Shown: piece after piece, positions 44,108 to 54,958 of the stretch
How positions within the stretch are numbered: the stretch's first letter is position 1
Layout: each line of letters begins with the position of its first letter
Virus record (IMG/VR): IMGVR_UViG_3300037153_000087
Location: 1 to 56,700 of that record
Length of the DNA: 56,700 bases
Reading direction: 5' to 3' (one strand)
Source of the DNA: a virus
Taxonomy: Duplodnaviria > Caudoviricetes
Position numbers and translations under genes: made by a program
Notes under the pieces: model-generated
What the model was told of the DNA's origin: nothing
The model's input: only the letters and a program-made list of their open reading frames with translations
Database searches by the model: none

Positions 44108-47100
44108 TACTTGGTTCCCCTCCAGCGCTTACCGCTCTTAGACTCGTAAGCCACGATGTATTCGACGATCTCCTTGCCGACCTGACCCTTGGTAGTGCCC
44201 AACGGAACCTTCGGCTCGATGTAATAGGTGTTGCCTCCGCCGAGACCGGTGTCGAGCTGGTCCCGAGTGAATACGTATTCCGGCTCGCGCAGTCCGTTGT
44301 ACGCCAGAGTGTAACCAGGCTCCAGTACGCCACCGTTGTCGAACTTCAGACCGTATCGGCGAGTGAACAGCCCGTTGGTGGTTCCGCGAGCCGCTGCCCC
44401 CAGGACGACGCCAGCCGAACCGCGCGACTCGACGTTCATGTTGCCCAGGGTTCCCGCCATGTGGCCGACCCCCGCGTCCGTCACGCCGACCGTGAAGCCG
44501 GAGCGCAGGTTTCGAACCATTCCGTCCGGACCGCTGTTCGCGCCGAACGCGTGCGTGGAGTACAACCGGGAGTACGGGTTCCGACCTCTAATTACGTTCT
44601 GGATGGCGCTCATGAAGCCCGAGCAGTCGTACCCGCCAGGACCGACACCGCCCCACACGTAAGGCTTTCCGGCTTGTGCCTTCGCGAAGCGGGTGGCGGC
44701 TGCGACCCTGGGTCCTCCGACGCCCGACTCGACCTTGGACTCGATCCAGCCGACCACCTTGTCGGCGATCCACTTCGGAACCGCACTGATGATCTGCTTG
44801 ATGATACCGCCACCCGGAACCGCTGCTCCAAAGATCTTGTTGATGAGCGATCGGGCACCCTTGGCGACGTTGCCGATCGTGAAGTCCTTGACACCCTGGA
44901 TGAAGTCCCCGATGATACCGCCGAACGCGAAGTTGCCCGCGAATCCGGGAACGATTCCACCTCGTGCGAAGGCCAGACCCTCGCCCCCCAGTGCGTTGGG
45001 ACCGGTGAGCCAGCTCCGGACCGCTTTGGGGCCACCCGATCGGGCGATCGCGTTCGCGCTGTTGACGAACCCTCGACCGACCGCCTTGGTGAACTCGGGA
45101 CGGAAGATCGACTCACCAGGCGACACCGCAGCCAGGAGCTTGTCCTTACCAGGCGCGTAACCCGGCATGACACCACCCTGCGCGAACGTCGGCAGTGAGG
45201 GCAGTCTGGCCGAGATGCCGACGAACGAGGCCAGGTTGTCGACCAGCTTCTTGATGCCGTTGTTGTAGATCCCGATCACGAAGTTGACCGGAGTCTTGGC
45301 GATCGAGATTACCTTGTCCCAGATCCGCTTAATTCCGTCCACACCGGACTTGAACGCGTTCGGGATCGTCTGAGTGATCGTCTTGGCCAGGAAGTCGAAG
45401 ACTGGCTTGATGACCGAGTTCCACGCGGTCTTGATTACCGAGCCGACCTTGTTCATGATCGGCGCGACGATCGTGTTGTGGAACCACAGGAACCGGGGTC
45501 CCAGCGTGTTGAGCAGGAAGTTCTTGACCGCCTCGAACGCGGGCTTGATTACGTTGTTCCAGACGGTCTTGATGATGTTGCCGATAAGAGTGAAGTACGG
45601 CTTAACGATGTTGTTCCAGAGCCAGGTGATCACCGGGACCAGCACGGTCTTAATGAAGTTCCACAGGGCGGTGAACGCGGGCTTGATGACGTTCTCCCAC
45701 GCGAACTTGACCGCTGCCTGGATACCCTTCCATGCCGCCTGGACGATGTTCCTGAAGGTCTCCGAGTTGTTGTATGCGTAAACGATCGCCGCGACCAGCG
45801 CGGTAAGGATCGTGATGACCAGACCGATCGGGTTCGCCTTCATGGCCGCGTTCAGCAGCCACTGAGCCGCAGCCCAGAGCTTGGTGCCGATGGCCACTGC
45901 CTTGCTGGCAGCCTCGAAGATCAGCGTCTTCGCAGCCGAGCCAGCCGCAGCGAGTCCGGTCTTGAGATAGGCACCCGCCAGGCTCGACAGGTTGGTGACG
46001 AGCGTAACCGTGTGGCTGATGCCCGACGCCAAGGTCGAGCCGAAGTTTCGGACCGCTGCACCAGCCTTGGCCGCAGCCCCCGCGTTCTCGCCCAGCTTGG
46101 CGGTTCCACCGATCAGGCCCTGACCGAACTTAAAGGCCGCAGCCCCAGCTCCGACCATGCCCATGCTGACACCCTTAACGATGCCAATCAAACCGGACAG
46201 CTTGCCAGCGAGCGCCACCCCCACCAGGGAGAAAGCAATAAACTGGGTTGCCGCCCCTTGGACATCAGGAGGCAGAGCATTGATTAGCTTGACCAGCGCG
46301 CCCAGAGGACTGAGCAGCAGGGGCAGTACGTCGACGACATCGCGCAGGATCTGGTTCAAGAGGGCGAACGTCTGAGCAGCCTGCTGCTGGCCGCCAGCCG
46401 ACTGCGCCCACTGATTGAACTTGATGGTCATCTGTTCTAGCGAGTCCAGCACCCCGTCACCGGAGGTCTTGGCGTTGCTGAACACGGCGACCAGGCCCTG
46501 AATCGCGTTCTTGCCGATGGTACCGAGCTGGCTTAGTGTCTGGCCTGCCTTGGTGGCCCAGCCGGACAGCTTGCGGGCACCCTCCTCGGAGTTCAGGAAG
46601 GCAGCAGCGGCCTTGACGCCGTTTACCGCCCACATGCCCATGCGCTCCGCCAGGGGGGTACCTAGGTGCACAAGGTTTCCGATGGCCTTCAGAGCAGGCT
46701 GCACGACGGGTACGAACTGCGCCATGACCCGAGAGGTCATCTGGAACACGGAGTTGACTACGCCTCGGGCGAACGGGGTCTGGCCGAAAGCGAAGGCTTC
46801 CTTGGCTCCTGCGTTGAGGGAGGTGGCGACGTCGAGCATTCCGCGCTTGGCGGTTGGGAGGATGTTCTTGGCGAGCGGGTCGATCTCCTTGGCCAGACCA
46901 GCGAACGCCCGGTTCTGCGTGGCCTGCTGGATACCCTTAAGCTGGCCGATTACGCCCTTGGACTCCTTGACGAACGCCTGGGCGTTGGGGGCGAGCTTCT
47001 TCATCGCCTCTTCGAGCGCCTTAGCGTCGCCCTCGGCTACCGCCGACATCGCCTCGCCCATGCCCAGTAGGGCGACCTTAGTGACGAGCGAAGCGGTCTT

Positions 47101-47340
47101 GACTCCCGCCATTGCAGCGGGCAAAGCGACGATTGCGCCAGCCGCAGGAGCGACAGCAGCAGTGAGTGCCGTTGCCGCCCCAGCGACCGACCCGATGGCC
47201 GCAGCAGCCGCCCCACCCTTGGCGATCTTGGTGGTTACCGCGTCGAACTTCTCTGCGGCCTTGGCTGCGCGGTTGAAACCCCTCTCCATGGGAGTCAGGT
47301 CGACACCCAGACGGACCAGGAGGTTACGAATCGTCGCCAT
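44107..47340 (-). CDS. Tape measure protein with C-terminal NlpC/P60 domain
   Basis: Ala/Gly-rich helices; W-spaced repeats; FA.GG motifs; GKPYVWGG...YDCSG...H. Confidence 0.92.
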   Translation of the reverse strand: MATIRNLLVRLGVDLTPMERGFNRAAKAAEKFDAVTTKIAKGGAAAAAIGSVAGAATALTAAVAPAAGAIVALPAAMAGVKTASLVTKVALLGMGEAMSAVAEGDAKALEEAMKKLAPNAQAFVKESKGVIGQLKGIQQATQNRAFAGLAKEIDPLAKNILPTAKRGMLDVATSLNAGAKEAFAFGQTPFARGVVNSVFQMTSRVMAQFVPVVQPALKAIGNLVHLGTPLAERMGMWAVNGVKAAAAFLNSEEGARKLSGWATKAGQTLSQLGTIGKNAIQGLVAVFSNAKTSGDGVLDSLEQMTIKFNQWAQSAGGQQQAAQTFALLNQILRDVVDVLPLLLSPLGALVKLINALPPDVQGAATQFIAFSLVGVALAGKLSGLIGIVKGVSMGMVGAGAAAFKFGQGLIGGTAKLGENAGAAAKAGAAVRNFGSTLASGISHTVTLVTNLSSLAGAYLKTGLAAAGSAAKTLIFEAASKAVAIGTKLWAAAQWLLNAAMKANPIGLVITILTALVAAIVYAYNNSETFRNIVQAAWKGIQAAVKFAWENVIKPAFTALWNFIKTVLVPVITWLWNNIVKPYFTLIGNIIKTVWNNVIKPAFEAVKNFLLNTLGPRFLWFHNTIVAPIMNKVGSVIKTAWNSVIKPVFDFLAKTITQTIPNAFKSGVDGIKRIWDKVISIAKTPVNFVIGIYNNGIKKLVDNLASFVGISARLPSLPTFAQGGVMPGYAPGKDKLLAAVSPGESIFRPEFTKAVGRGFVNSANAIARSGGPKAVRSWLTGPNALGGEGLAFARGGIVPGFAGNFAFGGIIGDFIQGVKDFTIGNVAKGARSLINKIFGAAVPGGGIIKQIISAVPKWIADKVVGWIESKVESGVGGPRVAAATRFAKAQAGKPYVWGGVGPGGYDCSGFMSAIQNVIRGRNPYSRLYSTHAFGANSGPDGMVRNLRSGFTVGVTDAGVGHMAGTLGNMNVESRGSAGVVLGAAARGTTNGLFTRRYGLKFDNGGVLEPGYTLAYNGLREPEYVFTRDQLDTGLGGGNTYYIEPKVPLGTTKGQVGKEIVEYIVAYESKSGKRWRGTK

Positions 47341-47982
47341 CCTCGGAAACCTCCTCCTGACCCCACTTGGGAACGAACTGCTCTACGCCCTTGATCTTCT
47401 TGCGACCCTTAGGGCTGGACAGCATGTACGTGACTCGTTCAGCGATCAGAGCAGCGGCTCTGTCTAGTCTCTCGTAGGGGTCGATCGGTCCGTTCATCCG
47501 CTCGAACGCTTGCCATTCCGTAAGCTCCCGACTGTCGATCTTGCCGAGCAGCTCGTCGACCGTCATCCCCAGTGCGAGAGCTAGCTTGAAGTAGAACCGT
47601 CGCTCTGGTCGCTCTCGGAGTTTCCCGCCAGCTCCTCCATGTCCTCGTCGGTCATGCCGCTCAGCCGCTGCGCGACCGAGAACACCCGCTCCAGCGCAAC
47701 GGCTGACTTCTCGCCGAGCCGCATGACGTCGGACCGCTCGAAGATCGGTTGGAACTGCTCGTTTACGGCGCACAGGACGATGAGGCGAGCGCGCATGTTC
47801 TCCAGGTTGACATCCCGCTGACCGCTCTTCTTGGCCTTGGTCAGGGAGTCAGCCTCGAACTTGTCACGCTCGCGACCCGTTAGACCCTTCACACGGACCT
47901 CGCCACCCCACTCGGGGACGGACACATCCTCAAAGACGATGTCCTGTGCGCTGAAGATTTCCTGCTTACCCAGTAGTGCCAT
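47324..47982 (-). CDS. Tail assembly chaperone, long -1 frameshift product
   Basis: -1 frame continues [33 protein letters not shown]...GP. Confidence 0.8.
47581..47982 (-). CDS. Tail assembly chaperone (short form)
   Basis: V.VPEWGG.VRV..L.G.ERD.FE; between major tail and tape measure. Confidence 0.85.
   Translation of the reverse strand: MALLGKQEIFSAQDIVFEDVSVPEWGGEVRVKGLTGRERDKFEADSLTKAKKSGQRDVNLENMRARLIVLCAVNEQFQPIFERSDVMRLGEKSAVALERVFSVAQRLSGMTDEDMEELAGNSESDQSDGSTSS
47620..47626 (-). other. Programmed -1 ribosomal frameshift site G GGA AAC
   Basis: XXXYYYZ heptamer in the correct phase near the chaperone 3' end. Confidence 0.85.
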
Positions 47983-48033
47983 TGTGGTTTCCTCTCCGGG
48001 GGACCAGCCCCCACCCAGGTTGGAGAAGTTGAG

Positions 48034-48522
48034 CTACGCAGCCGGGATGGCAACGTCCTCGATCGGCTCCGATGTGACAGCGAACTGGACCGTGATCCGA
48101 GCCGCCTCGTCGTCCGTGCCGAACGCCTTCGACAGCGACGTGACCGTCACCGGGAAGATGTCCATCTTGTAGGTAGCCGTGTCGCCTCCACCCAGCCGAC
48201 CGATGTAGCCGTTGGTGCCACGCGGGAGCAACGCCCGAACGTCCACACCGTTGGCCGCCGCGTAGAACACCAGCGACGACTCGTCGGCGGTGATCCGACC
48301 CGCGATGGTCGAAGTGAAGCGGCTGTTGATGTCGGGGGTCTCGATCTGGTCGGAAGAGACCGTGAATCCGTCGACCTCAGCGATCTCGGGCGACAGGTCG
48401 GTACCCGCGTCCAGCTCCAGCCGAGTCGGAGCCTCGGGGTCGAGCAGGTCGGGGATCCAGTAGTACTTGGTTACGCCAGTCGGGAAATACCGATCGACGG
48501 TCTGAATGGCGGTGGCGACCAT
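48034..48522 (-). CDS. Major tail protein
   Basis: PTR.EL.AG.DLS..I....G...TPD..SRFT..I.GR actinophage tail-tube motif. Confidence 0.85.
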   Translation of the reverse strand: MVATAIQTVDRYFPTGVTKYYWIPDLLDPEAPTRLELDAGTDLSPEIAEVDGFTVSSDQIETPDINSRFTSTIAGRITADESSLVFYAAANGVDVRALLPRGTNGYIGRLGGGDTATYKMDIFPVTVTSLSKAFGTDDEAARITVQFAVTSEPIEDVAIPAA

Positions 48523-48773
48523 CAGCCCTCAGCCTCCTTCTTGTCCTCAGCCTTGGTACGGCTACGCGAGGTGCGGGTGGTCTTCCGCTCCTCCGATTCC
48601 TCCTGAGACTCCTCGGCCTTCTGGTCGGGAGTCGGCTCGCCAGGCTGAGGAGGCTCGTCGCCCTCGGGGACTTGCTCCCAGCCCGCGTTGATGTGGAAGG
48701 GCAGGGACGATTCGGCCACCTCGATGGGGTCCCGATCGTCCAGGTTCGGGTGTCGGATCCAGACCTTCTTCAC
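48522..48773 (-). CDS. Small hypothetical protein
   Basis: IRHP.L...GW; TGATG coupling. Confidence 0.6.
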   Translation of the reverse strand: MKKVWIRHPNLDDRDPIEVAESSLPFHINAGWEQVPEGDEPPQPGEPTPDQKAEESQEESEERKTTRTSRSRTKAEDKKEAEG

Positions 48774-48775
48774 GG

Positions 48776-49111
48776 TCAGCCCCTCAGGCAGAGAACGGTC
48801 AGGTCACCAGCAGCGGAGTATGTGATGTTGGCCCGACCGCTCGCCGAGTTCCGGTACCGGTCGGTGACGGGAATGGCGAACAGGTCGGCGTTCGCGGGGA
48901 TGGTCACCACCCGATCCTGGATCGTCAGGTCGCCATCCACCGTCTCGGGCGTGGCAATGGTCACGGTCGGCGTGGTCGCCCCAGCGTTGCGGACGAGCAA
49001 CTTGACGTTCTTGCCCGTCTCGCAGGTGTCGCCACCTCCCGCAGCAGCAACGAACTTGTCGTCGAGCCGCAGACCGGTAAGCGTAGCCGCGTAGGTCTGT
49101 AGGTTGGCCAC
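48776..49111 (-). CDS. Virion-associated small beta protein
   Basis: AAA.GGD...L.V.N.....TVT..TP motif. Confidence 0.65.
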   Translation of the reverse strand: MANLQTYAATLTGLRLDDKFVAAAGGGDTCETGKNVKLLVRNAGATTPTVTIATPETVDGDLTIQDRVVTIPANADLFAIPVTDRYRNSASGRANITYSAAGDLTVLCLRG

Positions 49112-49119
49112 TGGTCCTC

Positions 49120-49551
49120 CTATCGAAACTTGAACTTACGGGTAGCGGCGTCGATTGCTCTGCCGATGTCGTTGTCAACGTCGTCTTGCCAGGGCTTGGC
49201 TGCCCTGAACAGGAACGGACGGGCTCGGTGGTTGACCCAGTTCTCTCGGTTGCCGAACACGGGCGACCGGAAGGTTCCCGGCCTGCCCTGGTTCTCCATC
49301 GGTCGGGCGTGTGGGGCCTTGTTCTTGTTGACCACCAGCGCGACATTCGGATTGCGCTTGGAAAACCCTACGCTGATCCTCGTGGCTCCAGGTATCCGGC
49401 TGCTCCACGCTGCGTTTCGACGGGCCTCCGCGAGCGGTCTCTGGGCACTCCTGCGCAGGACTGGCCGTAGCTCGCGCCGTACCTCGTTTGGGATCTTGCC
49501 CAGATCCTGCGCGAACCGCTTGAACTCTTGCTGACCAGTCCTCGGCATCAT
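49120..49551 (-). CDS. HK97 gp10-like neck/tail completion protein
   Basis: Basic; APHAR..E; RPFL..A; synteny. Confidence 0.7.
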   Translation of the reverse strand: MMPRTGQQEFKRFAQDLGKIPNEVRRELRPVLRRSAQRPLAEARRNAAWSSRIPGATRISVGFSKRNPNVALVVNKNKAPHARPMENQGRPGTFRSPVFGNRENWVNHRARPFLFRAAKPWQDDVDNDIGRAIDAATRKFKFR

Positions 49552-50027
49552 CGCCTCCGCTTGGTGAAGGCGTCGACTCCGATGATGAACTGAACCGTTG
49601 CCACAGGTCCCTGGTTGGTCTGTTCCAGGACGACCGAATCCGACCGGATCGAGACCCGAGCCACGAGCCCATCGAGCAGCGGGTTTTCCTGGAGTGCGTC
49701 CGCGATCTCGTTGATGAACTCGTAGGCTCGGTCTAGCACCTGCTTCATGTCGTCGTCACCGCGCCAGGACGACGCCAGGCAGATGATCTCGTAAGACTCC
49801 CGATCGGGATCCGACGTGAGCTGCTCCCGCGTACGAGTCGACTCAATGGCCGCTTCGCCAGGATTGCCGGTGAACGCGATCGCGATAACGTCGTCGTCGG
49901 TGGTGGTCACGTTCGGACCGTACAGCACCTGCACAGGCTTGCCGTCCACACCCGATGTGGCCAGCGAGTCGCGCACCAGGTTGACCAGCTTGTCCACCAC
50001 TGCCGGAATCGTCGAAACTGATCTCAT
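49548..50027 (-). CDS. Putative tail terminator/neck protein
   Basis: Synteny; V..GP; P.L.G.V. Confidence 0.55.
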   Translation of the reverse strand: MRSVSTIPAVVDKLVNLVRDSLATSGVDGKPVQVLYGPNVTTTDDDVIAIAFTGNPGEAAIESTRTREQLTSDPDRESYEIICLASSWRGDDDMKQVLDRAYEFINEIADALQENPLLDGLVARVSIRSDSVVLEQTNQGPVATVQFIIGVDAFTKRRR

Positions 50028-50611
50028 CCCACCCACACATCCCGTCGGGGTCGCTTGTCGAGTCCGAGCGTCTGCCGAACCGAGTAGGGCAACGCCCAGC
50101 TCGACCCAGGCACGATGACGCCATCTTGACCGACCTGGGGACGACCCGCCTGGCTGTTCTGTTGCGATCCCTTCCACAGGTGCGCTGCCAGGTCCAGCGC
50201 TGCCATTGTGAAGTTCGCGGGGATCGGCTCGCGTCCGGCTCGGTACTCGAAGTTGACGCCCTGTGCTGGCCAATACAGGGAGTGGCGTACGATGCCCTCG
50301 ACCGATTCGAGGTACCAGCCATTCACGGGGTCGGCATATGTCGGAATGTCCAGACCGGTGTACCGGTCGACGACTCGCGTAATCTCGATGACGGGGGTGT
50401 GGCTCAGTATGATCGGCACGTCCCGACGCTCCTTGGGGTAGAACGTCTCGACCGCATCCACTGACGCCACCTCCCCCATGCGATCACGAATCATCTCACA
50501 CGACGCCTCAACGTAGAGAGTGAACTCATCGTCAGCGGTGGCCGACGACTTGTTCAGCTTGTCCTTGAGTTGAGCCGTCGTGATGAAGGGCTCAGGCGTT
50601 GTCAGGATCAT
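50024..50611 (-). CDS. Head-tail connector/adaptor
   Basis: K..L......DD....AS..I; Y.AG..P....A.L.LA.HLW. Confidence 0.75.
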   Translation of the reverse strand: MILTTPEPFITTAQLKDKLNKSSATADDEFTLYVEASCEMIRDRMGEVASVDAVETFYPKERRDVPIILSHTPVIEITRVVDRYTGLDIPTYADPVNGWYLESVEGIVRHSLYWPAQGVNFEYRAGREPIPANFTMAALDLAAHLWKGSQQNSQAGRPQVGQDGVIVPGSSWALPYSVRQTLGLDKRPRRDVWVG

Positions 50612-50945
50612 CGGGATCCACCAGCCCGAGCTGTCGCGCCTGCTCCTCCTCCGTCTGCTCCGGGGGCTTCTCGTCGGCCTTCTTCCGGGAGCGGCTCGCG
50701 CGCTTCGCGGGTTCGGTGCGGGTGCGTCGCTCGCCAGGCGCAGCGGTTGCCGCCTCGACGTTGGACTGCTGCCGCTCCTTGCGCTGGGACACGTGGACCT
50801 CGACGTCCTCGAAGTTCGCGGGGAATCGCTTGACGACCGGATCGCTGTCCTCGTACAGATCGCCCTGTCGGACGACCTGGGGAGTGACCCTGCCCTCGTT
50901 GTTGTTCATGATGCCGAATGACGTCTTCGCTCGCTTGATAGCCAC
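50592..50945 (-). CDS. Hypothetical capsid-adjacent protein
   Basis: G......DP.V...P..FE; VEAATAAPGE.R. Confidence 0.7.
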   Translation of the reverse strand: MAIKRAKTSFGIMNNNEGRVTPQVVRQGDLYEDSDPVVKRFPANFEDVEVHVSQRKERQQSNVEAATAAPGERRTRTEPAKRASRSRKKADEKPPEQTEEEQARQLGLVDPDDPDNA

Positions 50946-50979
50946 CTTAACCTCCGGTTAATGGGTTCGGGGTAAGGAT

Positions 50980-51015
50980 TGGCGGGGGGAGTCGGTGGGC
51001 GAACTCCCCCCGCCA
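50980..51015 (-). terminator. Hairpin after the major capsid gene
   Basis: tggcgggggga gt...actccccccgcca. Confidence 0.7.
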
Positions 51016-51021
51016 GGCTTC

Positions 51022-52533
51022 TTAGACGGCGGTCTCGATGTTGAGCATCCGGAACGCGTTGTCGTTGATCGAGTCGGCACCGACCCGGTACCACGCGTAC
51101 CAGCCACGCTGACCGGTCGGACGGCGGTTCGCGCCCATGAGGTGCGGGATGAACTCGACGGTCATACCGATCCGGTCGGTGATGACGTAGTTCTCGAAGT
51201 CGCCGTAGATGAGGACGTAGTTGTCGCCAGCCGCAGCCGGGTTCCACGTGTCGTCCATGTTCTCGGCCTCGTAAGCCGGACGACCCAGGAGCTGGTTCGG
51301 CACGTCGGCACCGATGCGCTCCCAGAGGTTCGCGCCACCCGCCGTGTCGAACTGCCGGACCAGGTTGAAGATCGCCCGGTTGGCGACGTAGCTGGATCCG
51401 CTCCGGAAGTCGGTCGGCAGCGCACCGTCCAGGGCGTAGAGGTCGGCGATCGTGAACGCCTCACCCGCAGCCGTGACGATACTGATTCCGCCAGCGCTGG
51501 CCGCCAGTGCCGTTACGATACCGGTCGGCTGGTTGGTGCCCGTACCGACCGTCAGGGCCTCCGCCTCCAGCGTGTCCTTGCCACGCGCCAGCAGTCGACC
51601 GACCTCCGCCGTGACGTTGGCCGCGTCGCCCATCGCCTCGATCGAGATCGGCACGAAGCCGTTGGCCTTGTGGTTGGGGATCGCCAGCGGACCGAAGGTC
51701 GGCGTGTCGTCGGTGGTCTCTTCCTCTTCCGGACGCCAGTGCCACACGACGTCGCTCGCGCTGACGCCGTTCCAGACGTCGCCCGTGGCCACGACCTTGC
51801 GGGAGATCTGCCGGATCGGGTTGCGGGTGCCCGTGGAGGTCAGCACCAGAGTCGGGTCGAGCTGGAACGGCACCAGGTAGCCGCCCTCGGCGTCGGTCAG
51901 CGACATGGCCCGCTCCAGGGCGCGCTGCTCCTCGGGCGACACCAGGTGACCCCTGCCCATGGCGACCTTCTGCCACGCGCGGAGGTACTCGGGCGAGGAG
52001 GTGGCGAGCGCCATCCGAGCGATGGACCCGTCCTTGTCGTCGAACATCTCCAGCACGTGCGTGGCCGCCGCGCGGATCTTGTCGTTCGCACCGCTCATCT
52101 TCTCGACGGCGGAGATCGCCCGAGCGCGCAGTTCCTGCGTGACCTCCTCGCGGCTCCGGCTGAACGTCCGAACCTCGCTCAGGTCCCAGGGGTTGCGGAA
52201 TCGACCGCTGCGCACGTCGTCCGGGTTCAGCAGCGGGTCACGGTCGTAGTCGTTGCCGTAGTTGCTACCGGGCTCGACGCCCGAACCCCGCTCGGTGCGA
52301 AGGTTGAGAGCAGCGGGCACTCGCTCGGTGGCCTGGGCAGCGCCACGAACGCGAGCCAGAGCCGCGTTGCGCTCCAGCTTGCGGCGGTGAGCGTCGACCT
52401 CACCGAACTCGCGAGTCAGCTCGTCGAACTGCTGCTCCTGCTCGGCGGTCGGGTCTTCGATGGCACCGAGCCGCTCCAGCTCGGATGTGATGTCCTTCAG
52501 TCGGATGACTGACTGGCCGTGGCTGAGTTCCAT
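51022..52533 (-). CDS. HK97-fold major capsid protein
   Basis: Delta-domain coiled coil; GGYLVP; G.G..QP.GI; LLGRP; GDF..Y.I.DR.G. Confidence 0.92.
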   Translation of the reverse strand: MELSHGQSVIRLKDITSELERLGAIEDPTAEQEQQFDELTREFGEVDAHRRKLERNAALARVRGAAQATERVPAALNLRTERGSGVEPGSNYGNDYDRDPLLNPDDVRSGRFRNPWDLSEVRTFSRSREEVTQELRARAISAVEKMSGANDKIRAAATHVLEMFDDKDGSIARMALATSSPEYLRAWQKVAMGRGHLVSPEEQRALERAMSLTDAEGGYLVPFQLDPTLVLTSTGTRNPIRQISRKVVATGDVWNGVSASDVVWHWRPEEEETTDDTPTFGPLAIPNHKANGFVPISIEAMGDAANVTAEVGRLLARGKDTLEAEALTVGTGTNQPTGIVTALAASAGGISIVTAAGEAFTIADLYALDGALPTDFRSGSSYVANRAIFNLVRQFDTAGGANLWERIGADVPNQLLGRPAYEAENMDDTWNPAAAGDNYVLIYGDFENYVITDRIGMTVEFIPHLMGANRRPTGQRGWYAWYRVGADSINDNAFRMLNIETAV

Positions 52534-53477
52534 CAGCGCGTCTCCAATGGCTTGATCGAGTCGACCTGAGCGCGGAGCGCGACGAGGACCTCGGGGTCAA
52601 TCAGTCGCCGCTTCGGCTGCTTGGTCGTGTCTTCCGGTGTGGTCACGGTCGACGGGTGGTCATTGGAGACCGGCGCGTCCTTCGGCTCAGCTCGGGTGTC
52701 CTCGGGGGACGGCTCGACCTTTGCCTGCTGCCCTACGGGGGCTGCTGCACCCCATAGTACCACACTAGCGGTTTGCCTGCGAAGATCCTCGTCCTCCTCC
52801 AGCGTGTCGAGGATCGAGGTTGCATCGGTGGCCAGGCCCTGCTGGACCTTCCGACGAACGTCGGCGTTGCTCCGGATCAGTGACGCCACCTCCCTCGCGC
52901 GAACACCTACAGTCGTTTGCGTGTACGCGGGGAACACGACCGGACCCAGCTCGTGCAGCCGCAGCTCGATCAGTTCGCGCTTGAGGGGGCCTCGGTCGCC
53001 AGCGTCCCACAGAAGTTCGGCGATCTCGTACGGGTCCTTGAGTTCCTTGTCGCTGTTGTCGTACCACTTCTCCCGGACCACATCGAACCGGAAGCTCATG
53101 CCCTTGATGTTGCCCTCGGCGATGGCCATCCGGACGGGCTCAATCAGCCAGTTGTCCGACATGCGGGCTTCAGTGTACAGCCCCTCGTCGTCCTCGCGCA
53201 GTTCCCGAATCGAGGCGATGGGGATGCTCCCGATGAGGGGGTGGCGTCCGTGATCGAACTGCATGACGGGGGTCCGCTCGCGCAGTGTCTTGCGGAAGGC
53301 ACCCTTCCGAATCTCCTCCTGGAACGTGCCCTCCCACGAGTTGATCTCGGTCGGCTGGCCGAACACCGCGCCATAGCCGTTGAGGTTGAAGCCGTCGTTG
53401 GAGTCGTCGCGCTCGTCGTCAGATCGGACGAACCCGACCTCACGGCAGAGGTTGTCACGCGTCGGGGTTGTCGCCAT
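52533..53477 (-). CDS. HK97-family prohead protease
   Basis: GYGAVF; E.I..GAF; FDH; GMSF.F; E.GPV.FPAY. Confidence 0.92.
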   Translation of the reverse strand: MATTPTRDNLCREVGFVRSDDERDDSNDGFNLNGYGAVFGQPTEINSWEGTFQEEIRKGAFRKTLRERTPVMQFDHGRHPLIGSIPIASIRELREDDEGLYTEARMSDNWLIEPVRMAIAEGNIKGMSFRFDVVREKWYDNSDKELKDPYEIAELLWDAGDRGPLKRELIELRLHELGPVVFPAYTQTTVGVRAREVASLIRSNADVRRKVQQGLATDATSILDTLEEDEDLRRQTASVVLWGAAAPVGQQAKVEPSPEDTRAEPKDAPVSNDHPSTVTTPEDTTKQPKRRLIDPEVLVALRAQVDSIKPLETR

Positions 53478-54828
53478 TACCAGTTCCCTCCTCGGTTGCC
53501 GGAGCCGTGTCCTCTTCAGCCCCCGGTTCTTGAAGCTGCACCGACAGCAGCCCAGTGTGCTTACCCTTCAGGATGCCCAGATCCTCGGATGTGACCGCCT
53601 CGACAACGGTGTCGGGGTCCCAACCTCCGTCGCCCAGTTCGCGGATGATACCCGCCTTGGTCTCCAGGATCTTGGCCATGTCGAGTGCATCCTCGCGCAG
53701 CGAGGGCACCGAGCTGGTGTCGTACCAGAGCCTTGAACCGTTGTCCGGCAACGGCAGGATCTCTTGAAGACTTCCGCACATGTTGGCCCACAGGTGAGCC
53801 ATCGTCCCGTCAGTGAACCTACGCCACGCGGCCTTGTAGTTGCCCGCGTTGAGGCTGGACCCCTGCAGACCCTCGCTGAATCCAGCGATGACCGGAGGCA
53901 CTCCAGCCGCTGCCGCCAGCCTCGTCTCACCTCGACCCATGATGTCCGTGAACGCCATGGCCTGGAAGTCGGAACCGACGATCGTGATGTCAGCGCCACC
54001 CCCCACCGTGAGAGTCTTATATGCGTTCTCGACTCCTCGGTGTTCGAGGTTCATCATCTCCTTGAACTTCTTGAACTGCTCGAAGCTGACCGCAGCGTCC
54101 ATGGCCACGACCATGTTGGGCGTCGCGCCGTTCTCGAAGAACTTGGTCTGGTGTGTCGACATGAGCTTGTCGTTGATCAACTGTCGGATGACCGGAGTGA
54201 TCCAGCTCATGCCTCGGTAGTTCGCCAGCGGGTCGGGGTAGGGCGCGAAGTGGCTGACCTCATCCGGCAGGAACGGTACGGGGTCGTCGTGGTACCCGAT
54301 ACCGCCTTCCCAGTACAGGTAGCCCACCCTCTTATACCCTACTATGCCACCCCGGAACCTTCTCGGCTCCAGGACGATCTCCACCCAGTCAGGCCGCAGC
54401 CGTACCAGCTCGTCCTCGACTCGCGTAACGTACCCGTTGCCCGTCAGGTCGGCGTCGACGATTTGGCCCATCAGCAGGTCTTGGGTGGTTCCGCCAGCGA
54501 ACGGTCGATCGAGGATGCGAAGGTCGGGCGTAACGAACGTCCCGGAGGGCTTACCCTGCCGGAGCCGCTGCCAGTTGAACATGATCGACGAGAACACGCT
54601 CATCCGGATGGCCATCAGGCTGAAGATCGGACCGTGTCCGCCGTACGCGGCTTGGGCGTAACCGGTCAGGCCCTGGGGCGTAGTCTCAACGTTTTGGCCC
54701 GCGAGCGTCTGCTGGTACGTGCCGTAGGCCATGAGATTGCCGACCATCGAAATGTAGTCGTCGATGGTTTGCATCTGGTACTGGCGCTCGGCGAGCTGTC
54801 GCTGCCTGACTCGCTCAAGGGCGTTCAC
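53455..54828 (-). CDS. HK97-family portal protein
   Basis: GNGY; LRPD.V; G.S; FF.NGA.P; GVPP..G. Confidence 0.9.
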   Translation of the reverse strand: MNALERVRQRQLAERQYQMQTIDDYISMVGNLMAYGTYQQTLAGQNVETTPQGLTGYAQAAYGGHGPIFSLMAIRMSVFSSIMFNWQRLRQGKPSGTFVTPDLRILDRPFAGGTTQDLLMGQIVDADLTGNGYVTRVEDELVRLRPDWVEIVLEPRRFRGGIVGYKRVGYLYWEGGIGYHDDPVPFLPDEVSHFAPYPDPLANYRGMSWITPVIRQLINDKLMSTHQTKFFENGATPNMVVAMDAAVSFEQFKKFKEMMNLEHRGVENAYKTLTVGGGADITIVGSDFQAMAFTDIMGRGETRLAAAAGVPPVIAGFSEGLQGSSLNAGNYKAAWRRFTDGTMAHLWANMCGSLQEILPLPDNGSRLWYDTSSVPSLREDALDMAKILETKAGIIRELGDGGWDPDTVVEAVTSEDLGILKGKHTGLLSVQLQEPGAEEDTAPATEEGTGNGDNPDA

Positions 54829-54958
54829 TGGTCACCCCCCGAGCCGAGTCGACCCCGATCTGGTAGGCGGTTCGAATCCATCCCATTCCCATCTCGATCT
54901 TGGTCACCGCCCACCCGGTGAAGATGACGACGTTAAATAGCGCGCTGACGAGGATCAT
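54815..54958 (-). CDS. Small hypothetical protein
   Basis: ATGA-coupled between terL and portal. Confidence 0.5.
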   Translation of the reverse strand: MILVSALFNVVIFTGWAVTKIEMGMGWIRTAYQIGVDSARGVTSERP